A stretch of 64,000 nt of DNA from Lama glama. Taxonomy: Eukaryota. The DNA lies in NCBI GenBank assembly GCA_028534125.1, contig CM052817.1:47122001-47186000 (forward strand), written 5' to 3'. The translations under genes and the position numbers were made by a program. The notes beneath the pieces are model-generated. The model did no database searches. It saw nothing but the letters and a program-made list of their open reading frames with translations, and was not told the origin of the DNA. Shown here in pieces: positions 9,166-23,482 of the stretch (the stretch's first letter is position 1; each line of letters begins with the position of its first letter).

Positions 9166-9864
9166 TCCAGGCTTGCTTTTGATTGCTTCTAATTCATTTA
9201 GGCTCCTTTGAAACAACACAAAGTCAGATAACCAAGCAATGGTGATTTCAACCAGAAGACAATTAATTTCTTCCATTTAATAGTATCATTCCTGATAGAA
9301 GAGGATGCTATCTGGAGATAAAGGGCCAGAGAGACAGCATTTATTAATTCCCAAGATGCCTAAGATTCATAGCCCAGCACATAATTTCTTGTGGTAAACA
9401 GAAACTCACAACAAAAACTACAACAAAATTCTCCTACATTTCAATGAGAGACTATTCCTGCCAACAACTTCATGACCCTCACATAACTTAAATTTATGGT
9501 TAGAGATAATTTTTTTGAAGGGGAAAATAAATTGGCACTAAATTCTGGCATTGACCCCATGTTTCTTGGACATACTCTGTAAACATTCTTATAAAGATTA
9601 TTTGGAAAAGTTCTTCACAACTTTTTATATATATATATATATATTTTTTTTTTAAACTAGTTTCATTGCCAAAATAAATTAATTCAGGGTTAATAAATGT
9701 CTTTCAATTTCTATCTTTTTTTTTTAACATTTGAAGTCATCCAAAAGACTAGTGATGTTTCTATTGAATCAAACAGTTAGAAGCTAAAGTTCATCTCAAT
9801 AAACATTTGCTTATTATCTACTTTGTGCTAGGTATTTGGATATGAGTAAGGCAAGTTCTCAGGA

Positions 9865-10020
9865 CAGCAGGTTCTTAAATTTTAGTGTTCATCAGAACCA
9901 CCAGGAGAGCTGGCTAACCCCCACCCACAAAGTTTCTGATTCAGCAGCTCTGAGATGGGAACCCAAAATTTGCATATCTAAACAGTTCCCAAGTGATGCT
10001 AATAATGTTATTCTGTGGAT
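9865..10020 (+). mobile_element. MER5A-like hAT MITE
   Basis: cagcaggttcttaaat..atcagaaccacc..gtttctgattcagcag..aatttgcatatctaaacagttcccaagtgatgct. Confidence 0.8.
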
Positions 10021-10069
10021 ATAACAAAGAACATGAAAACATACGATTAAAACATGATTTATATGCTGA

Positions 10070-10600
10070 AGAATTCACAAGGATACACAAGGTGGAATTA
10101 ACAAGAGACTAATTAAATCCACTGTAGGAGGGAGGTAAAGCTTCAGATAATGTTGACACTTGAGCAGGATTTGGTAGCATGAATGGAAATTCAAAGAGAT
10201 ACAGTAGGGCCTAGAGTGGGAATTTCTGTTAAGTACCAACATACAGAATTGTATAGAAGCATGCCAGAGCATGTTATTCATTCATTTAACACATTTTAGT
10301 AGAATCCTTTACATCTTGAGAATAAAATAGTTAAAGAATAATGTGTTTACAGGAACATTTATTGGTAGAATACTTGACTGGAGCATGAGTAACAGAGTGC
10401 CCTGACAGGAGATGGGACTGGAAAAATAGTTGAGGACCATTAGGGTTTCATGGATGACATGGGCCATGCTAGGTAGTGGGCAGTATTCAGGGAAGATCAC
10501 TGGTAGCAGTGTAGAGAATGGATTGGAGGGAAACAGAACAAGACTGGAGCAAGAGAGACCAGTAAGAAAGCTATTGCAATAATCTGGGCAAAAGGGTAGA
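10070..10600 (-). mobile_element. L2 fragments
   Basis: gatcactggtagcagtgtagagaatggattggaggg..gagaccagtaagaaagctattgcaataatc is antisense L2. Confidence 0.7.
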
Positions 10601-11213
10601 TAAAAAATTCAGCAAAATTTTATTTTAATTTTGAATCATGTGACATTTAAACATTATTTTTATGTATTTTCTCCCTACTTAAGCCCACTACCTTATCTCC
10701 TTCTCCCATTAGAATGTTTATTGTTTAGAGGCTAAGTGATTAGTTTTTTTTTATTAAATGTTGAATGATAAAAACACATGGGCTCAGTCAGTATAAAGGG
10801 AAGTTTACTCTTGCATAACCACCTAAGCAAGTAACAGGGAGTAATTTAGACAATAAGGAAAATAAAATTGGGTATTTTTTGAATATCTTAAAAACCATCT
10901 TTAAATAAGTTATTTCCTGTTACATACTTGTCTCTAAGTTCAGCTAGTGGCTCTATTGCTGTTCCAAATTTAAAACTGTCTTCAGATATTGTAGAATAGC
11001 TTAAGGCATTGGTAAAATTCTATGTAGAGAACAGAACACAGAGCTTGTTTTTCCTTCTGCTAACTTCAAGGAATATCCAGTCAAGATGATGTGAATCACA
11101 CAGGAGAACTTCCTCAGACCCAAATTCTTCTAGGCCAATTCATGTCTTTGATTGTATATCCAATTCTTGCCATGCCAAAATGGCCCATTTAGTGAAAACA
11201 TAGCTTCAATATT

Positions 11214-12131
11214 TGTGGTAAGCAGAGTTTCTAAAATGACCTTCCAAAATGCCCTGCCTTAATCCCTGGAACCTGTAAGTATTAGTTGTCACTTCCAAGA
11301 TTATGTCATATTGTATGGCGCAGTTGATCTTAAGAAAGGAAGATGTTCTTTCTGGACCTGATCTAACCACATGAGCCCTTAAAAGCAGAGTTTTCTCCAG
11401 CCAATAGCAGAAGAAAAAGTCAGGGAGATTTGAGGTATAAGTACTCAGGGACCGAGGCTGGTTTGAAGTTGAAGGGAACCATGTGGAAAGGAACATAGCC
11501 TCTAGAGCAGTGAATTGCCCCCTGTTGACGGCCATTTAAAAAAATGGGGGCCTCAGACCTACAACTGCAAAGGACTGAATTCTTCCAGAAATCTGATTTA
11601 GCTTTGTTATAGGCTGAATTGTGCCTAGAATTATGTGGTGAAGTCCTAACCCCTAGTATCTCAGAATGTGACTATATTTAGAGAGAGGGTCTTTAAAGAA
11701 GCAATTTAATTAGAATGAGGTCATTAGGGTGGGCCCTAATCCAATACAGTGTCCTTTCAAGAAGAGGAGATTCGGACACAGAGGAAATACCAACTGAAGA
11801 CAGCGAAAAGATGCCAACTGGCGAGTCAAAGAGAAGCCTCAGCAGAAAACACCCCTGCTGACACTGTGATCTTGAACTTATAGAGAATTTCTATGAGAAA
11901 ATAAGCTTCTGCTGTTTAAAGACTCTTAATCTATGGACCTTTGTTATTGCAGCCCTAATAAATTTGGAAATTAATTTTTCCCTAGCTAGACTGACCATAA
12001 TTTTGGTTTTGGGAGACCTAAGGGGGCCCATCTGGGCTTCTGGTCTATAGAATTTGTGAGATAATAAATGGATATTTTAAGCCACAGAATTTGTGGTAAC
12101 CTATTAGGCAGCAATAGAAAACTAATAAAAC
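11214..12131 (+). mobile_element. MLT1D-like MaLR LTR with nested MLT1A-like LTR (~11605-11962)
   Basis: Outer: tgtggtaagcaga..taatccctggaacctgt..gcaatagaaaactaa. Inner: tgttataggctgaattgtg..gaggtcattagggtgggccctaatcca..gcagccct. Confidence 0.8.
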
Positions 12132-14479
12132 ACCCTAAATTATTAGTTCATGAATGTATCACTTAGATGTTTTAGAATATACCTTAAGATTTTTAAATCT
12201 TGGAAGTGTCAATAAAAAGTATTACTTGCTTCAGGTGGAAATTTAGTGGTTTTCAGATGAATAGACTTTCACATTCAAGAATATGTTGACATTTTCTCTT
12301 TGGTGAGAACAAAGGGAACATATCTTGCAACTTTTCTTCTTACGGTAAACCAAATTTGCTCAGGCTTCTTATGGAAGGTGGTGATGCTAACGCTGAGTCT
12401 AGGTTGAATTGAAATAAGTCAGGATTTGAGGGAGAGTCAATGGCTACAGGTGGTAGAGATATGCACTATATGATTGTTTAACTGACATTTAACACTATAT
12501 AATTTAACATATTTTAATTACTCTCATCATCTAATTGTTACTTTTTAAAGAGGAGACTCAGAAAATCACAAAATACTGGATAGATTAAAAGCATGTACTT
12601 GAGACTCTGTAGTGAACATCTTTCCCGGAGCCTACAAACCCCAGGAATAGTTCAGTAAAGTCATACCATGAAGTGCATCACCAGTGACCTACAGCTTTCT
12701 GGGAATTTCCTTCCCTAACGTGTTACAGCCATGTGGGCTAAATTTATCCCTCCTAAGTGGTTGACTGACCACACCGAGTTAAAGATAAATTTGTAGTTTT
12801 GGAAATGAAAACCAACAATTAAGGCATATTTGTATTTCCAGCATAAAATCACCACAGCAGAGAAGATGAATGGGGTCAAGTGCAGAGTTTGCAGGGCTGT
12901 GGGGACTATTTGAGTTTTTGTCACATACTGCAATTTCCTCTGAATAATTGTGGAGTCTGAGTAAGCAAGTCATAGACATATATTAAAATAGCATGTCTGT
13001 CTCATTTTTTCCTAGAAAATGACTTATTTTTTGACTTATATTTGAGAGTAACTAATTTTTTCACTTCCTGACCATTGTTCACTTACACATTAGGTTGATA
13101 AATTTCACTTAACTATTTCCATATGTGTATCCACTTTGTAATCATACGTAATTGCTCATTTCTCATTCTCTGCATTTTGAGAGCTTTCCTGATCATGAAA
13201 TTTTCTTGCCAGATTTCGGGCAAGAGAAAAAAAGTGAGAGTGAAGAATACAACTGGCTATTGTGAGGATTAATTACAACTCTAGAAGAGGTTTGATAGCA
13301 GAACAATATCACTGATTTAGCTTTGTTCACTGATGTGTTATTATCACCTAAAATAGCACTCAGAAGGCACATGGTATTTATTACACAAATGAATGGGAAT
13401 TCAAAATTACTTGTGGGGTTTTTTTCATTATTGATCTTGAATAGTTTCTCATATGTATATTGGCTCATATTTTCTCTTTTATGAGCTTTCTATTTAAATC
13501 CTTTGTCATTTTACTGATTTATGTTTTTATTATTAACCTGTAAAATATTTTATATATATAAAATAGTACAACTGTGCCATAAATGTTATAAATATTTCTT
13601 TCAGCTTATTGTTTATGTTCTTATTCTTTAAATAATAAAACTCCTATTTATGCAAACATTTTTTAACTTGAAATGCCAGCAAGAACTTTCCTATTCAGAG
13701 GTAGCTATTCACCTGTATTTTCTTCATTTTAAACATATTATTTTTAAAAAGGTTAATCCGTTCATCCATTTGGCATTTATTTCAGTGCATGCTTTGACAT
13801 TAGGATCTAAATTGATTCTCTTTTGGTAAATTAGCTAATGTTTTTAGTTGGCAGGAAATTTACTCTGGCAGTTTGAGCAGAAAAGGAACTTATTAAATTG
13901 ATATTAGTGAGTCACAGAATCACCAAGAAGTTTGGGGAAACAGTGTGGAGTCTATGCAGATATCACAGTCCAATACCATGCTTCAGATCTGCTCTTAAGG
14001 ACCCACTGCCACTCTAGCTGAGCACTGAAACCTACAGTTAACACAGTTGAAACCAATAGCATTGAACATTGGCTATTCCAGGCATGTGCATCCCAGGACA
14101 CTCAATCTTGCAAAACCACTGCCACCAGGGAGAATTCTTCATGTTCCCTGCTTCTTAGATGTACTGGTCCTCAATTCAAAGTCTGGGGCAAGTGTGTTAT
14201 CTGCTAGAGTGTAGGGCACAGCTCATGTCCTAGCTCAAAGGAAATTGGGGAACTGAACATCTGCATTTTTAATTACAATGGTGGAAAGCAGTTTTTTTCT
14301 GCCTTCCAGACTCATAAAGTGGAGAGATTCAGATGCAGAAATTATAGTTTTCTTTCTTGATGCTATAGTTGAGTATATCATTATATACATTAACCATACT
14401 TGCAATTAAACTCTTCATGGTTTGTGGTGAATATTGGGTTGTGGGGAATGGGGTCATGGATATGAGTACATATTAACCC

Positions 14480-14700
14480 TGGTGTAGAATTAAAAATATG
14501 ATCTTTGTATTGTAACTGCTGGGTTTGAATTCCATATTCTAGCTCTGTGATCTTAATCAGAATCATTAACATCTCTCTTAGCCTTATCTGTAAACTGGAG
14601 ATATCAATGTCCTCTATGTTGTGATGATTATAATTGAAACGAGGATAAGTACGTAGCACAGTGCCCAGCACAGAACATGCACTTAATAAATGTTATAATT
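14480..14700 (+). mobile_element. MIR
   Basis: gggtttgaattcc..atctgtaaactggaga..gtagcacagtgcccagcacag..ttaataaatgtta. Confidence 0.8.
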
Positions 14701-15744
14701 ATTCACTACAATCATTATGGATTCAATTTCTTTCTGCTGCAGCTGGGCTATTGTCTCTGGTTATCCACTTTGCCCCTTAGATTTCAGTGAAAGATGCAGT
14801 TCTTACTGTGAGATGCTGGTGCCAATTCCAATAAATATCAGATTCAAAAACATACCTCTCATAAGGTTTTAAGTATATGTAGCCTCTTTATATCACTAAG
14901 CATCTGTATTTGTTGGGACTTAAGATATATACGAATGTAACATCCTGATTATGTGTGATGGTTATTTTCAATTATAAAATTTTAGAATATACACAAGTTA
15001 GAAAAAATAGGTCATTGATTCCCTCTGGACTTTTCACTCAGATTCAATAACTCATGATTTTACTGTACTTGCTTCATCCAAGTTATATATGACATTTGAT
15101 TTGAAGTTATCTCTGAGAGCTTTAATAGATGCATGCTTAGCTATTTTGGTCAAAGCATTTCAAAGGTAGAACTGGATGCTTCACATTATATCACAGCAGG
15201 AAGCATACAACATCTGGGTGACCCACTTTAATGATGTTAAGATTGATCATTGAGTTGGGGTGGTGACAGGCTGATGCCTCCATTGTAAAATTCCTCATGA
15301 ACTCTTTCATCTAATGCTTTCATCCATTGATGATCTTTTCCTGACTCAAATATTACATTAGGAGTTACAAAATGATGATTTTTCTAATGCTATAATTTCT
15401 TACACATTTAATAGTCAGAATTTTCTTATCATTTAGGTATATTTGGCTACGCTGATATACAGGAAAGCCAGGATAAAGGCAAAATAAATGCTCAGTATTT
15501 TATTTTAATGGCTAATACTCAGAATAAGGAGTTGGCACCCTGGTTACTTGCAATGGTGTCCAGTAAGGATATTTTAGTTTTTTTTTTTTATTTTAGTAGG
15601 ATACAAAAAGGAATCTATTTGCAAGCCAAATAAAAACACTGAACAAATTTTTATACTTCTGTTTTTCCTGGTTTTTGTTTTACTTCCCAATCTTATGTCT
15701 AGCTATATACATATATATATAAATATACATATACATGCTATGAT

Positions 15745-16395
15745 TCTTTTTTATTGAGATATATTAGTTTCGTGTGTGCAATATAATGATTCAATATATA
15801 TATACTTTGTGATCACCATAATAAATCTAGTTAACATTCATCATCACACGTAGTTGAACATTTTTTTCTGTGTGATGAGTACTTTTAAGATCTACTCTTT
15901 TAGCAACTTTCAAACATACGGTACAGTATTATTAACTATAGTTACCATGGTGAACACTACATTCCCAGGACTTATTTATTTTATAACTCCAAGTTTGTAC
16001 ATTTTGACTGCCTTCACCCGTTTTGCCCACCCTCCACACACACACTCTCCCCTACCCCACCTCTGGCAACCACCAATCTGTTCTCTGTATCTATGAGGCT
16101 TTTTTTTTATTCCACATGTAAGTGAGATCATACAGTATTTGTCTTTCTCTCTCTGACTTACTGCTCTTCGTATAGTATTCTCAGGGTCCACCCATCTGGA
16201 AACTGGCAGGATTTTCTTTTTCATGGCTGAATAATATTTATATATATATATATATATCACATTTTCTTTATCTATTCATCCACTCATAGTTACTTAGGTT
16301 ATTTCCATGCCTTGGCTATTATAAGTAAAGCTGCAGTGAATGTAAGGGAGAAGATACTTTTTTCAAATGAGTGTTTTTATTTCCTTTGGATAATA
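15745..16395 (-). mobile_element. L1 3' end (L1MA-like)
   Basis: Antisense end of ORF2 (EKDKYCMISLTCGI in ORF 15976-16260) plus 3'UTR. Confidence 0.85.
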
Positions 16396-16699
16396 GTAAT
16401 ATGTATGTGTTCTTCATATGACATTTTCCAAGTCTAGGCTATCCTGAGGATTTTTAAACTCTGGGATGTTTGCTAATAAAGTCCAAAACTACAACATGTC
16501 TTGAGCACTCAGGACTTCTTCACTGTCTGTGTATCTTTGAAACACGGTATTCTAGGGCAATCCAGTGATTCATCAACTTTGATGCATAATTGACTGTTCT
16601 CAGATTTTCAGTCTATATAGTGATAATTTTTATATATGAATCAGGAATAGTGGATTAAGGCATTCATCAGTTTACATCTTCATGAAGATTGTATCACTT

Positions 16700-18410
16700 T
16701 AGTTCTCAACTTTCTTTTGCATTCCAGACACAGAACCTAAAAAGATGTTTTTTCCTAAAGATTATTTTGGTAAGTGTATAAAGTCAAGTTATAAAGAAAT
16801 TCAGTAGCTTTGTTGGAATATATGTTCATATGCATTATTCTGGAGATGGGGAACGTCATGCAAAATTGATGACTTATGAGTGGGAAAACATGGAAATAAA
16901 TTCAATTTTTACAAATAAAACCAAAAAGTAAATTTTTATTCTTAGTAGTGTATTTTGAAAATAAAGCTGTTCTGTTTAGTGGAAATGACTTTGACACGGC
17001 AAGGTATAAGTTATCTTTGGCCTTTAATTGATTATGAATATTTGTTTTTTTTGAAGCCAACATTTCTGAAAATCCTGACTCACAGATGTATATAAAAGCA
17101 AATGGAATCAAATCTCCTAAAAGTTGCTTTACTTGGTTAGAGTGAACTGGTATTGAAGCATGCAAACTGAATGAGGCACCTAATGTTGAATTTGGGTCAC
17201 TTCATTTCCTTAGTTCTCAAGGCAATGGGGTCGTCTTTGATACAATTTGCACTACTAATGCAGTGTCAGCAATGAATGGATTACAAATGCCCATTTTATT
17301 ATTAAGATCCAAGAAGGCTGAAGAAACCCTCAGAAAATGTCTGCAGGATTTCCAACTCTGCCAGCTGAGAAATCGACAATGATTTGTCAGTCTCAGCTTT
17401 ATCCTGTGGGGCACTTCCTTTGGCATCTTGGTCAAAAATTGCTTATTATTTTTTAGCAGTAGGACCTTGGATCAGAAGATTTACCTTATGCACATGGCCA
17501 AAAATATTTGCCCGGTAAGCCAAGCAATGAATGAACATCTCCCTTTCAAATTGTTCTGAGTGAGTTTTTATTTTTCTCTGAAGTTTAATCATGTGCATTA
17601 TTGACTTGTCCCCTGGAATGCCAATGAGTGTCCATACAGTAGAAAAAAATTATAATTTTAAAAAGTGGTGATCCAAGGATCTGGCTCTGATGAAGATGAC
17701 AAATTTCACAGCAACAGAAAAGACTTCTTTCATTGTTATTGGCTGAGTCTTTGATACCAACACAAGCCAATCTATACAGCAATGCATTCCAGTGTCATGG
17801 GTTGCTTCTCTCTTCACCAAAGCAGCAAAACTAAATGTATTTCCAAGCATCACAGATGTTCCATTTTGCACAAAATACCAGAATTTTCTTTCAGCTGAAG
17901 CATTTCTTGGCAAAGAAATGATGTTGACAGCCCTTGGATTTTCTAAAAGGGGTTCACGTAATAGGAATTCTTACAAGAACTCATTTGCCCTTACAGATGT
18001 AAGTCGTTTTATCTGGTTGAGTGCTGAAGAAAAATGACTTTTCCCACCATGATTAGATTCAAAACATTAGAAGAAATGTCAGTGATTTTGTATTGGATAA
18101 TAAAATTTTACAGCGAAACACTTCTGATTTTAATTCTCTAGTCCACAGATCAGCTCAACAATTTGTGTGGCACGTGTGTCAACATAGTCTCTCTGGTCAT
18201 ACTATGCTTCTTCTGCCTGTTAGAGTGATCAGTAACCTTTTCACTACCTCAAGACAAGCTTTGGGTGATGGGGGCAAAGGAATGTTTTGGTAAAACTGAG
18301 CTTTCTTTTCCTGATGAAAATCTACTCTGTCCTACGTATTTTCGGGATGGAGATCATGGAGGATCATTTCAGCTTCTTTGGGTAATTACCACCATTGGCA
18401 AGAACCTTGG
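16700..18410 (-). mobile_element. Decayed hAT (Charlie/Buster-like) DNA transposon with transposase remnants
   Basis: VMLGNTFSFAALVKREA..HCCIDWLVLVSKT (CxxH region), HWHSRGQV (cf. RWLSRG), and IPFAFIYICESGFSEMLASKK (hATC dimerisation domain), spread over shifted frames. Ends approximate. Confidence 0.8.
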
Positions 18411-18599
18411 CAGATAGGATGACTGAAGTTCTACGCTTCATCAAGTTAGGTGCTGAAAGTGAACCAAAGGGTGTATAAACTTCACTTTCCTTCCCTCCTT
18501 CTCTCTTCCTTCCCTACCTCTCCCCCCTTCTTCTTTCCTTTCTTCCATCTTTTCTTCCTTCCTAGGAAGGAATTAGGCCCAATCATTATCACCATAATT

Positions 18600-18800
18600 A
18601 TAATAATGGTAACTAATATTTTGTGAGTTCTTACTCTGTGTCAGGGTTAACCTTTTTGGTTAGGTATGATTATCATTGCCATTTTACAGGTGAGGAAAAT
18701 AAAGTACAGAGGTTAAGTAACTTACGGAAATCACACAGTGAGCAGTCAGGCCAGTATTTCAATCCAGGTAGTCTGGCTCCTAAACTGAGCTGCTAACCTT
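18600..18800 (-). mobile_element. MIR
   Basis: cattttacaggtgaggaaaataaagtacagaggttaagtaactt. Confidence 0.8.
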
Positions 18801-19749
18801 TCTGCAGATCTTTACCTTGTCATGTATAGTAGCATCCTCTGCTATCCTCAGAGTGTTTGGAATAAATGTTACCTTAGTGTACTTTTGCTTAAGCTTTTCC
18901 TAACAAAACAATTTTTAAAGTAACAACTGGGAAAACTATTTTTCTTTTTTTGTGGGGATCCCCACAGTTCACAGATTCAAATTATATGCCCTAGAATTTC
19001 TCTTTCAGAATCGTCTTTTTAATTGGTTGAGGCTGAGGCACTGGAATCATGCACTGTTTTAGATACAGCTGTGGACGTCCAAACATCCAATACATTCCCA
19101 GTGTTTGCAATAGATGTTTTATAATGTTTGTCACGCTATTGCCTTTCTGATGTTCTGCGACTCTCTTTCAAATGTTTTTATTTATTTAAAAAAAAACAGT
19201 CTTGGAATTCCTTTTTGTCTCCATTCCTAGAGTAAGATCGTGCATAGGCCTATTTGATAAGCATGGATGCAAACAGCAGTGTCTGCCTCTGTCCAGTGAG
19301 AAATGCCAGTGTAGCTTTACAGCCCTTTTGAATTTTTATCATAGTTCCCACAGTTGATTTGACACAATCTGGAATAAAACCCTATAAATAAGTGATGTTC
19401 CCTGGAAATGTTTTTGTTTTATTGTAACGATGACAACATGCGTTCATTCTAGGGTCATTTTATTAAGTAAGTCCTCATAAGTAAATTACTTCTACATTTA
19501 AAGAGGCCTAGAGATCTCCCGCCCCTTCTAAACTTCTTAAGTTTGGCAATACCAAAGTTGATGATGATCCTTCATGAGTTTCACCCAGCTTGGTCGAACT
19601 CTGTTTTTTAAAAGAATGTTTTGCCATTTTCTTTATGGGAATTCCTTCATTTAGCAACTTCATTTTCGTAGTTTTTGGCCATTAAACCAGAAGAAATAAA
19701 ATAACTAAAACCAGTGTTGATTTTGCTGGACTCTCGCTCCTCCTGTGGT

Positions 19750-20130
19750 CTTGCCCAGCTCAGCTGATGATAGTGGAGTCTTTTCACTCACAGTCTGCAG
19801 TCTAGTCCGTTAGCAAATCCAGCTGCCTCTCTGTTTCAAGCTGTACCCAGAATTTGACCATTGCTGACTGTCTTCCCTCCACCACCTTAAACTCAGTCAC
19901 CAACATATCTTGCTTGATTTAATTTAGTAAACTCTTAAATGGTCTTCCTGCTTCTACTTTACCACCTTAGCCTGCTCTCCACCCAGCCATAGGATTACAC
20001 TTTTATAACATAAACCATGTCATGTCATTGCTTTTCTCAAAACCCTCCAATGGCTTCAGACACATTTTAGTAAAAAAAAATCCAACCTTCTTGGCAAGGA
20101 GTCATATATGGTCTTGCCCATGGTTACTTT
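19750..20130 (+). mobile_element. L2 fragment
   Basis: agcaaatcc..tggtcttcctgcttc..ctcaaaaccctccaatggctt. Confidence 0.75.
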
Positions 20131-20945
20131 TTAAATCAGTCAAGTTTCTACTACACTATCACTGCATAGCAAATAACCCCCAAATTTCTGCAGCTCAGCA
20201 ATGCACGTTGTGTTTTCTCCTTCCCAGGTCTGCAGGTCTGCTGTGGCAGCTCTGTTACAGGCTGAGGGGTAGATATGGCTCTGATGTAAGTGTCCCTCAT
20301 TCTGGGTCCAGTGGCTCCCCCAGCCTGAATGTTTAATGGCAGATATGAGGAGTACTAGAGACCAAAGCAAACATTGAATGCCTCTTAAAGCCTCTGCCTA
20401 GGGCTTGCTGGCTAACACTCTATGACATCAACCCACCTCTCTTTCTGCTTTCTTTTTCCCTCTGTTACCTGGTCATTGTTAAGATAATTTGTAAATATAA
20501 ATCTAGATTATTATTAATAACCTAATACCTTCTTTTATGCATATTATCTTTGAAAAATACATTAATTTACATTTTCAGTTATTATGTACCCATTTTAACT
20601 ATAGTATCCCAACTGTTTCAAACTAACTTCATGATTAAGACATTACTGTTCACAACCAGCCATTTGTAACATGAATTTCTCATTTTTAAATCCTTCATTT
20701 TAGTTCATCCCTTGACTGGCTTGAAGTATATCTTTCAGTGATTTATTTAGGAAGGTTCTGTTCATTAAGGTAAAAGGAATTTTTTTCTGTTAGCTACACA
20801 CAGTTGATATCTCACTGAATGTATCTTCTTTGCTGCTCTATAGACACCGCTTTATTGCCTTCTAAAGTGTTATTAAAGGAGACATAGTATTACAAAGTCT
20901 AGGGTGAGATTAATTTTGTTGCCTTTTCTGTCTGCCTGTCCCTCC

Positions 20946-20947
<2 letters not shown>

Positions 20948-21012
<65 letters not shown>
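20948..21012. repeat. Compound (TG)n(AG)n microsatellite
   Basis: Direct inspection. Confidence 0.95.
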
Positions 21013-21769
21013 CTTTTTTTTATTTTTTAAGCTTTTATAAAATTTTTTTGCTTGAATTTGTCTAACAGCATTGTTAGGACACTTTCTGTCATCAGTTTTG
21101 GCTGGTAAGTGGAGAGCATTTCTAATCTGGCCTCTCTTTTTCTTCTTAGAATAGTTTTATTGTTGTGATTGCTATTTACCTATAATGACCTCAGTCGTTC
21201 TATTTCATTAATTTCTGGGGTCATCTTTAGGACTCAGTAGTACTCACAGGTTGGCACTTTGCTCTCCTTTTTTCATATTTCTCATCTTCTCTCTCAGGTA
21301 AATTTCTCCCTTCACCCTGTCTTCTCTGTCCTAGGAGAACCTTATATGCTTTAAATCCACTTTGCATTGACTTTTAACATGTGTAGTCTCTAGTCTTTGG
21401 TCCGTCTCATGAATATTTTAATTACTGAGAGTACTTTTATTTCCTTGAGGAATCTCTTTATGTCATCTGTCTTCTTTTTCATTTCTGTTTCTATCTTTGT
21501 ATCTGAGCCAGTGATCTCTTCTTTTAATCTTGATTTTTCCGTATAAACACTTTTTATTGTTTTGGAAAGCATGCTTTCCTTTTCCTTAATTAAATATGAA
21601 GCAATTAGTTTCTAAGAACTATTTTTCTGGGTTTTATAACAAATTATTTTCAAAACGAATCTTTTTGGTCTGAATCCTTACCTTATTTTCAATCCACGGT
21701 GGACTGTTTTCTGTACACTCATTAGCTCTTTCTCTTTCTCCTTTTTTTGTTTGTAATAGATTCTGCCCT

Positions 21770-22030
21770 GTTTAAAGTTACTACAAAATAATAGCTATAT
21801 TCTCTGTGCTGTACAATATGAACTTGTAGCTTGTTTATTTTATACGTAGTAGTTTGTATCTCTTAGTCTCCTACACCTATATTGCCCCTCCCTCTTCCCT
21901 CTCCCTGCTAGGAGCCACTAGTTTGTTTTCTGTATCTGTGAGTCTATTTCTGTTTTGTCATATACATTCATTTGCTTTATTTTTCAGATTCCACATATAA
22001 CTGATAACATAGAGTATTTGTCTTTCTCTG
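21770..22030 (-). mobile_element. L1 3'UTR fragment
   Basis: ctgtgctgtacaatat..ccactagtttgttttctgtatctgtgagtct..agattccacatata. Confidence 0.8.
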
Positions 22031-23409
22031 GGTACACTCATTCTTAATTGCCCATGAATGAGGAAAGATTTACACGGACTTGGTGTTTGTCAAGACACAG
22101 GGTTTGTAGCTATTTCAAGAAGACCTGCCGCCTGGGTTCATGTGCGTAGTTTCCAGGCCAATTTTCTTTTTCTTTTTTTTTGCTCATCAAGAGTCAATCT
22201 TTGCAGATCTCTAGAACTGAGATATATAACCCTTCTAATTCCTACAGTATAATCCTCTGGCTCTGTGAGTAGCTGGAGCATGTTAAATACCTCAGCATCC
22301 ATTGCTCTGAATCCTCTCCTTAGTCTTTTCCCCGGGCCACTGTGCTTTCCATTTGGGGATTACAGATTGCAGATTGGCACTACCCATCATTTTCCTCCAC
22401 CTCTGGCCAATAATGCCAGGAATGCAGTCTCTGAATGTAAAAAAAGATACTGAAGGAGCTTGGAAAGAAAAAGGAATATGACACTGAATGTCTCACTAGT
22501 GTAATTTTGATACAGAAAGGTAATGGTTTTCCATTTTTTTGTTTGGAACAGACCCAGCATCTGAATTGTGGTTAGATGGTGTGGGAGGGTGATGATGGGG
22601 TCTGGGTAGGGGATGTGAGTTGGTTACAGCTTCCTTCAGACTAACTTCAGGATAGTCAATCTCTATTGTTTGGATCTGTGAAGCATGCATAAGCTGTTTA
22701 TTCAACCTTGATATACCAGTCTTGTAGTTAGAAGTTTATCTCAACTTTTGAATTTGTGTCTTTTTCCTTACATTTCATTGATGCAATGAATATTTTTCAC
22801 TATATTTTCTTAAGTATTTTATTAGAAATTTGGAATAGAGGCAGTTAATGAAATGCAATTTTTGTTCAGATGTTTTAAAAAGTTTAAAACATTTTCTCTA
22901 CTTCTGAACTGAGATTTTTTTTTACTGAGACTCTAGGTTCAGTTCTTCTGTATGGCAAAAATTTGTATAATTTTCTCTTAAAAAATTTCACACTTGATTT
23001 ACAGTTTAATTGAATTTAAATGTACTGGTCCTGGGCTTATTCAAAGCCTGCATATCAATCCAGTACTTCACTTCTGCTTGCCCTTTCTCAGAGGCCATGG
23101 GGCTGACTCCACAGTGACTTTGCTAGACTTAACCTTAGAGTTAGTTCCCAATGGAAGCTTGGCACTCCTCATTGCCGCAAGTGTAATCCCTGTTAGCTCT
23201 TTTCTCCTGTTCATGTTACCTGATGCTTTATCTTTCCATGTGATTATTTCCCTAACTGCTAAACAATTGTACTTTCTGGAAGCATTGTTTCTTAGTAGCA
23301 AATCTTCCTCTATGTGCAACCACTCCCCTGAATGCTAGAAAGAGGAAAAATCTTTTTTCTTGCTTTAGTTCTTTTGTGATAAATAAGGCTATTTCAAGCA
23401 CATCCTAAA

Positions 23410-23433
23410 CTCTCTCTCTCTCTCTCTCTTTCC

Positions 23434-23481
<48 letters not shown>
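23410..23481. repeat. Compound (CT)n(CA)n microsatellite
   Basis: Direct inspection. Confidence 0.95.
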
Positions 23482-23482
<1 letters not shown>

